Made by a program: the position numbers and the translations under genes
Notes under the pieces: model-generated
What the model saw: the letters and a program-made list of their open reading frames with translations, nothing else
What the model was told of the DNA's origin: nothing
Database searches by the model: none
NCBI GenBank assembly: GCA_963699755.1
Contig: CAVOVB010000004.1
Location: forward strand, 1-64,000
Origin: an uncultured delta proteobacterium
GTDB lineage: Bacteria; Myxococcota_A; Polyangia; Polyangiales; Houyiibacteriaceae
Length of the DNA stretch: 64,000 bases
Direction: 5' to 3'
Shown: piece after piece, positions 62,476 to 64,000 of the stretch
How positions within the stretch are numbered: position 1 is the first letter of the stretch
Layout: the number at the start of each line of letters is the position of its first letter

Positions 62476-63317
62476 CGCTCGGCGTCTTGCGCGAGCTTAC
62501 CAAGCTCTGCCGAGCGACGCGTTGCCGCACGGATCGCTGCGCCGATGACTTCGGCAAAGCCGCCCGCCCGGAGAGCGTCGAGGCCGGCGCGTGTAGTCCC
62601 GCCCGGGCTGGTGACTCGATCCCGCAAGACCCCGGGCGACTCCTTGGTGTCGCGCAAGAGGCGAGAGGCACCGAAGACGGTTTGCGAAGCGAGCTGAAGC
62701 GCAGTGTCTTCGGGCAGGCCCTCGCGCACACCGGCGTCTCGAAGCGCTTCGACGAACGCGAACACATAGGCGGGGCCGGAGCCGCTGAGCCCGGTCACCG
62801 CGTCGAGTTGATCTTCGGGCACGCGGACTGAAATGCCAACGCTCCGAAAAAGCGCTTCGGCAAGCTCGAGATCCTCCTCTGTGGCCGCGTGGCCCGCAGC
62901 GATCGCGGTCGCGCCGGCGCCGACCAGGGCAGGGGTGTTGGGCATCGTACGCACGACGCGCACGCCCTCGGCCATTGCTCGTTCGATGAGGCTCGTCGAG
63001 ATGCCGGCGGCAACCGAAATCAAGAGCTTGTCCGGGCCGATCACCGCCGCGATTGCGGGTAGCATCTTTGCAAATACCTGCGGCTTCGTCGCCAGGACCA
63101 CGACGTCGGCTTCTCGTACCGCTTCGAGGTTGTCGTCGGTGATGCGAATCTCGAGCTCCGCTTCTAGTGCCTCGAGCGTGGCCTGGTCCGGGTCGGCCGC
63201 GATGATTTGTTTGCTGTCGACCGTAGACGTCCCTACGAGCCCGCGGATGAGGGCGCGGGCCATGTTGCCCGCGCCGACGAATGCGATCCTTTGATCAACT
63301 GACATGCCCGGCGGCAT
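62472..63317 (-). CDS. proC: Pyrroline-5-carboxylate reductase
   Basis: GAGNMA, RTMPNTP, SGSGPAY, VTSPGGTT. Confidence 0.96.
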   Translation of the reverse strand: MPPGMSVDQRIAFVGAGNMARALIRGLVGTSTVDSKQIIAADPDQATLEALEAELEIRITDDNLEAVREADVVVLATKPQVFAKMLPAIAAVIGPDKLLISVAAGISTSLIERAMAEGVRVVRTMPNTPALVGAGATAIAAGHAATEEDLELAEALFRSVGISVRVPEDQLDAVTGLSGSGPAYVFAFVEALRDAGVREGLPEDTALQLASQTVFGASRLLRDTKESPGVLRDRVTSPGGTTRAGLDALRAGGFAEVIGAAIRAATRRSAELGKLAQDAER

Positions 63318-63355
63318 ACCACAGAAGCAAAATCAACGATATCTCGGAGCCCAGC

Positions 63356-64000
63356 CTACGCGCAGGCGGCTTCTACGTCGTCGATCTCTTTGGGGATGCC
63401 GTCGGTAAGCACGTCACGACCCGATCGGGTCACCAATACGTCGTCTTCGATCCGAACGCCGATGCCACGCCAGCGTTCATCCACGTCTTCGTTGTCGGTC
63501 GCGATGTAGATGCCCGGCTCGACGGTCAGCACGAAGTCTGGTTCGAGCTGGCGCTGCTTGCCGTCGAGGTAGTAGTGCCCCACGTCGTGCACGTCCATTC
63601 CGAGCCAGTGGGAGGTCCGGTGCATGTAAAACGGCTCGTATTTCTTCTCGTCGATGAGCAAATCGAGCTCGCCCCCGAGCAAGCCGAGGGCGACGAGGCC
63701 CTCGGTGATCAGACGAACGGCGCACTGATGGACCTCGTCGAGCGTCGATCCCGGCTTCACGGCATCGATGCTCGCCTTCTGAGCCCGGAGAACGACATCA
63801 TAGATCGCCCGTTGTTCCGCGGAAAACTTGCCGTTGACGGGGAAGGTACGGGTGACATCGCTCGCATAGTAATCGTACTCGCAGCCTGCATCGATTAGCA
63901 GGAGCTCGCCGTCGTTGATCTGCCGAGCGCCCGCCCGGTAGTGGAGGATCGTAGCATTGGGCCCGGAACCGACGATGCTCTCGTAGGCTGGACGCTCGCT
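63356..64000 (-). CDS. pepP: Xaa-Pro aminopeptidase (3' part; runs off the window)
   Basis: IDAGCE..YASDVTRT, HRTSHWLGMDVHD, TVEPGIY, GVRIEDD. Confidence 0.92.
   Translation of the reverse strand, partial: SERPAYESIVGSGPNATILHYRAGARQINDGELLLIDAGCEYDYYASDVTRTFPVNGKFSAEQRAIYDVVLRAQKASIDAVKPGSTLDEVHQCAVRLITEGLVALGLLGGELDLLIDEKKYEPFYMHRTSHWLGMDVHDVGHYYLDGKQRQLEPDFVLTVEPGIYIATDNEDVDERWRGIGVRIEDDVLVTRSGRDVLTDGIPKEIDDVEAACA

Overview
High-GC bacterial DNA, most likely Myxococcota. This is inferred from a MYXO-CTERM-like tail, Gly/Ser-linker lipoproteins, a eukaryote-like Ser/Thr kinase and a MinD-J-HTH fusion. About 41.6-64 kb is intact housekeeping backbone: class V aminotransferase, lexA, crcB, UbiB/ABC1, P-II, psd, TonB-ExbBD, truD, recD2, maf, yggS, proC and pepP. 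About 1-41.5 kb is an accessory, partly decaying region. Its most striking structure, at 1-22.4 kb, looks like a tandem array of integrase-less islets inserted into one Ser/Thr kinase gene. A ~120-bp att-like arm occurs three times (5791, 7357, 21654), each ending in the kinase codons for K-I/V-P-Y just before the APE motif. Divergent copies of the kinase 5' half with their own promoters recur (5898-6479, stub 9366-9416, 21761-22342, and probably just left of base 1). The cargo differs between units: surface proteins, a putative TA pair, a 7-gene glyco-enzyme cluster and an FAD oxidoreductase. Further right are a decayed Mo/W-cofactor/formate dehydrogenase cluster, an intact LDT-Lpp-LDT module, a sulfatase, a putative sigma54 HPF-CSD/archease/RtcB operon, and a RAYT-like transposase with REP-like repeats. 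No rRNA, tRNA, CRISPR array or integrase was seen. All calls come from reading the sequence and ORF track by eye; no searches were run.
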